From NCBI GenBank assembly GCA_038087875.1, contig CM075977.1:149296001-149360000 (forward strand): a stretch of 64,000 bases of DNA. Direction: 5' to 3'. Of the stretch, positions 63,276 through 64,000 are shown one piece after another. Source of the DNA: Malacoraja senta (lineage: Eukaryota). The first letter of the stretch is position 1, and each line of letters opens with the position of its first letter. The notes beneath the pieces are model-generated. The model worked only from the letters and a program-made list of their open reading frames with translations. It made no database searches and was not told where the DNA came from. The position numbers were made by a program, and so were the translations under genes.

Positions 63276-64000
63276 CAATAGACAATAGACAATAGGTGCA
63301 GGAGTAGGCCATTCGGCCCTTCGAGCCTGCACCGCCTTTCAATGTGATCATGGCTGATCATCCCCAATCAATACCCCGTTCCTGCCTTCTCCCCATATCC
63401 CCTGACACCGTTATCTTTAAGAGCTCTAGCTAGCTCTCTCTTGAAAGTATCCAAAGAATCAGCCTCCACTGCCCTCTGAGGCAGAGAATTCCACAGACTC
63501 ACAACTCTCTGTGTGAAAAAGTGTTTCCTCATCTCCGTTCTAAATGGCTTACCCCTTATTCTTAAACAGTGGGCCCTAGTTCTGGACTCCCCCAACATCG
63601 GGAACATGTTTCCTGCCTCTAGCGTATCCATACCCTTAATAATCTTATATGTTTCAATAAGATCCCCTCTCATCCATCTAAACTCCAGAGTATACAAGCC
63701 AAGCCACTCCATTCTCTCAGCATATGACAGTCCCGCCACCTTGGGAATTAACCTTGTAAACCTACACTTCACTCCCTACTCTTTGTTTCCTGTCTGCCAA
63801 CCAATTTTCTATCTATATCAGCACTCTACTACCCCCAATACCGTGTACCCTAATTTTGCTCACTAATCTCCTATGTGGGACCTTATCAAATGCTTTCTGA
63901 AAATCCAGGTACACTAAATCCACTGGCTTGTCCATTTTCCTAGTTACATCCATGCTCTCCCTTGTCCATTTTCCTAGTTACATCCTAAAAAAATTCCAGA
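63276..64000 (-). mobile_element. CR1 LINE of a second subfamily ((CTATTGT)n tail), internally deleted, runs off the window
   Basis: RFTRLIP...RGDLIETYKII...GEKAGTGY; abrupt jump to the RT region near 63770; local 25-bp duplication. Confidence 0.9.

Overview
Vertebrate nuclear DNA, most likely a cartilaginous fish (skate/ray/shark). This is inferred from the repeat content: V-domain tRNA SINEs with CR1-type tails, young CR1 LINEs and Penelope elements. The window is dominated by transposable elements and has one 200-N gap. The only convincing host-gene signal is a minus-strand, signal-peptide-encoding first coding exon (58826-58919) next to a CpG island, so most of the window is probably one very large first intron. 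I could not identify the gene. Elements present include CR1, L1/Tx1, Rex/Babar-like, L2-like and Penelope (GIY-YIG) retroelements, IR/DR-type Tc1 transposons, hAT, Harbinger/Kolobok-like and ISL2EU-like non-autonomous elements, V-SINEs and an RTE-type SINE. The most interesting signal is a family of short, mostly palindromic, TSD-flanked, Penelope-derived elements carrying minimal hammerhead-ribozyme cores (CTGAAGA-A-stem II-GAAAC-GTC), including a tandem pair in host-sense orientation. There is also a weaker HDV-like ribozyme candidate at the 5' end of an RTE-type SINE. All coordinates were read by eye, and boundaries of degraded repeats are approximate.
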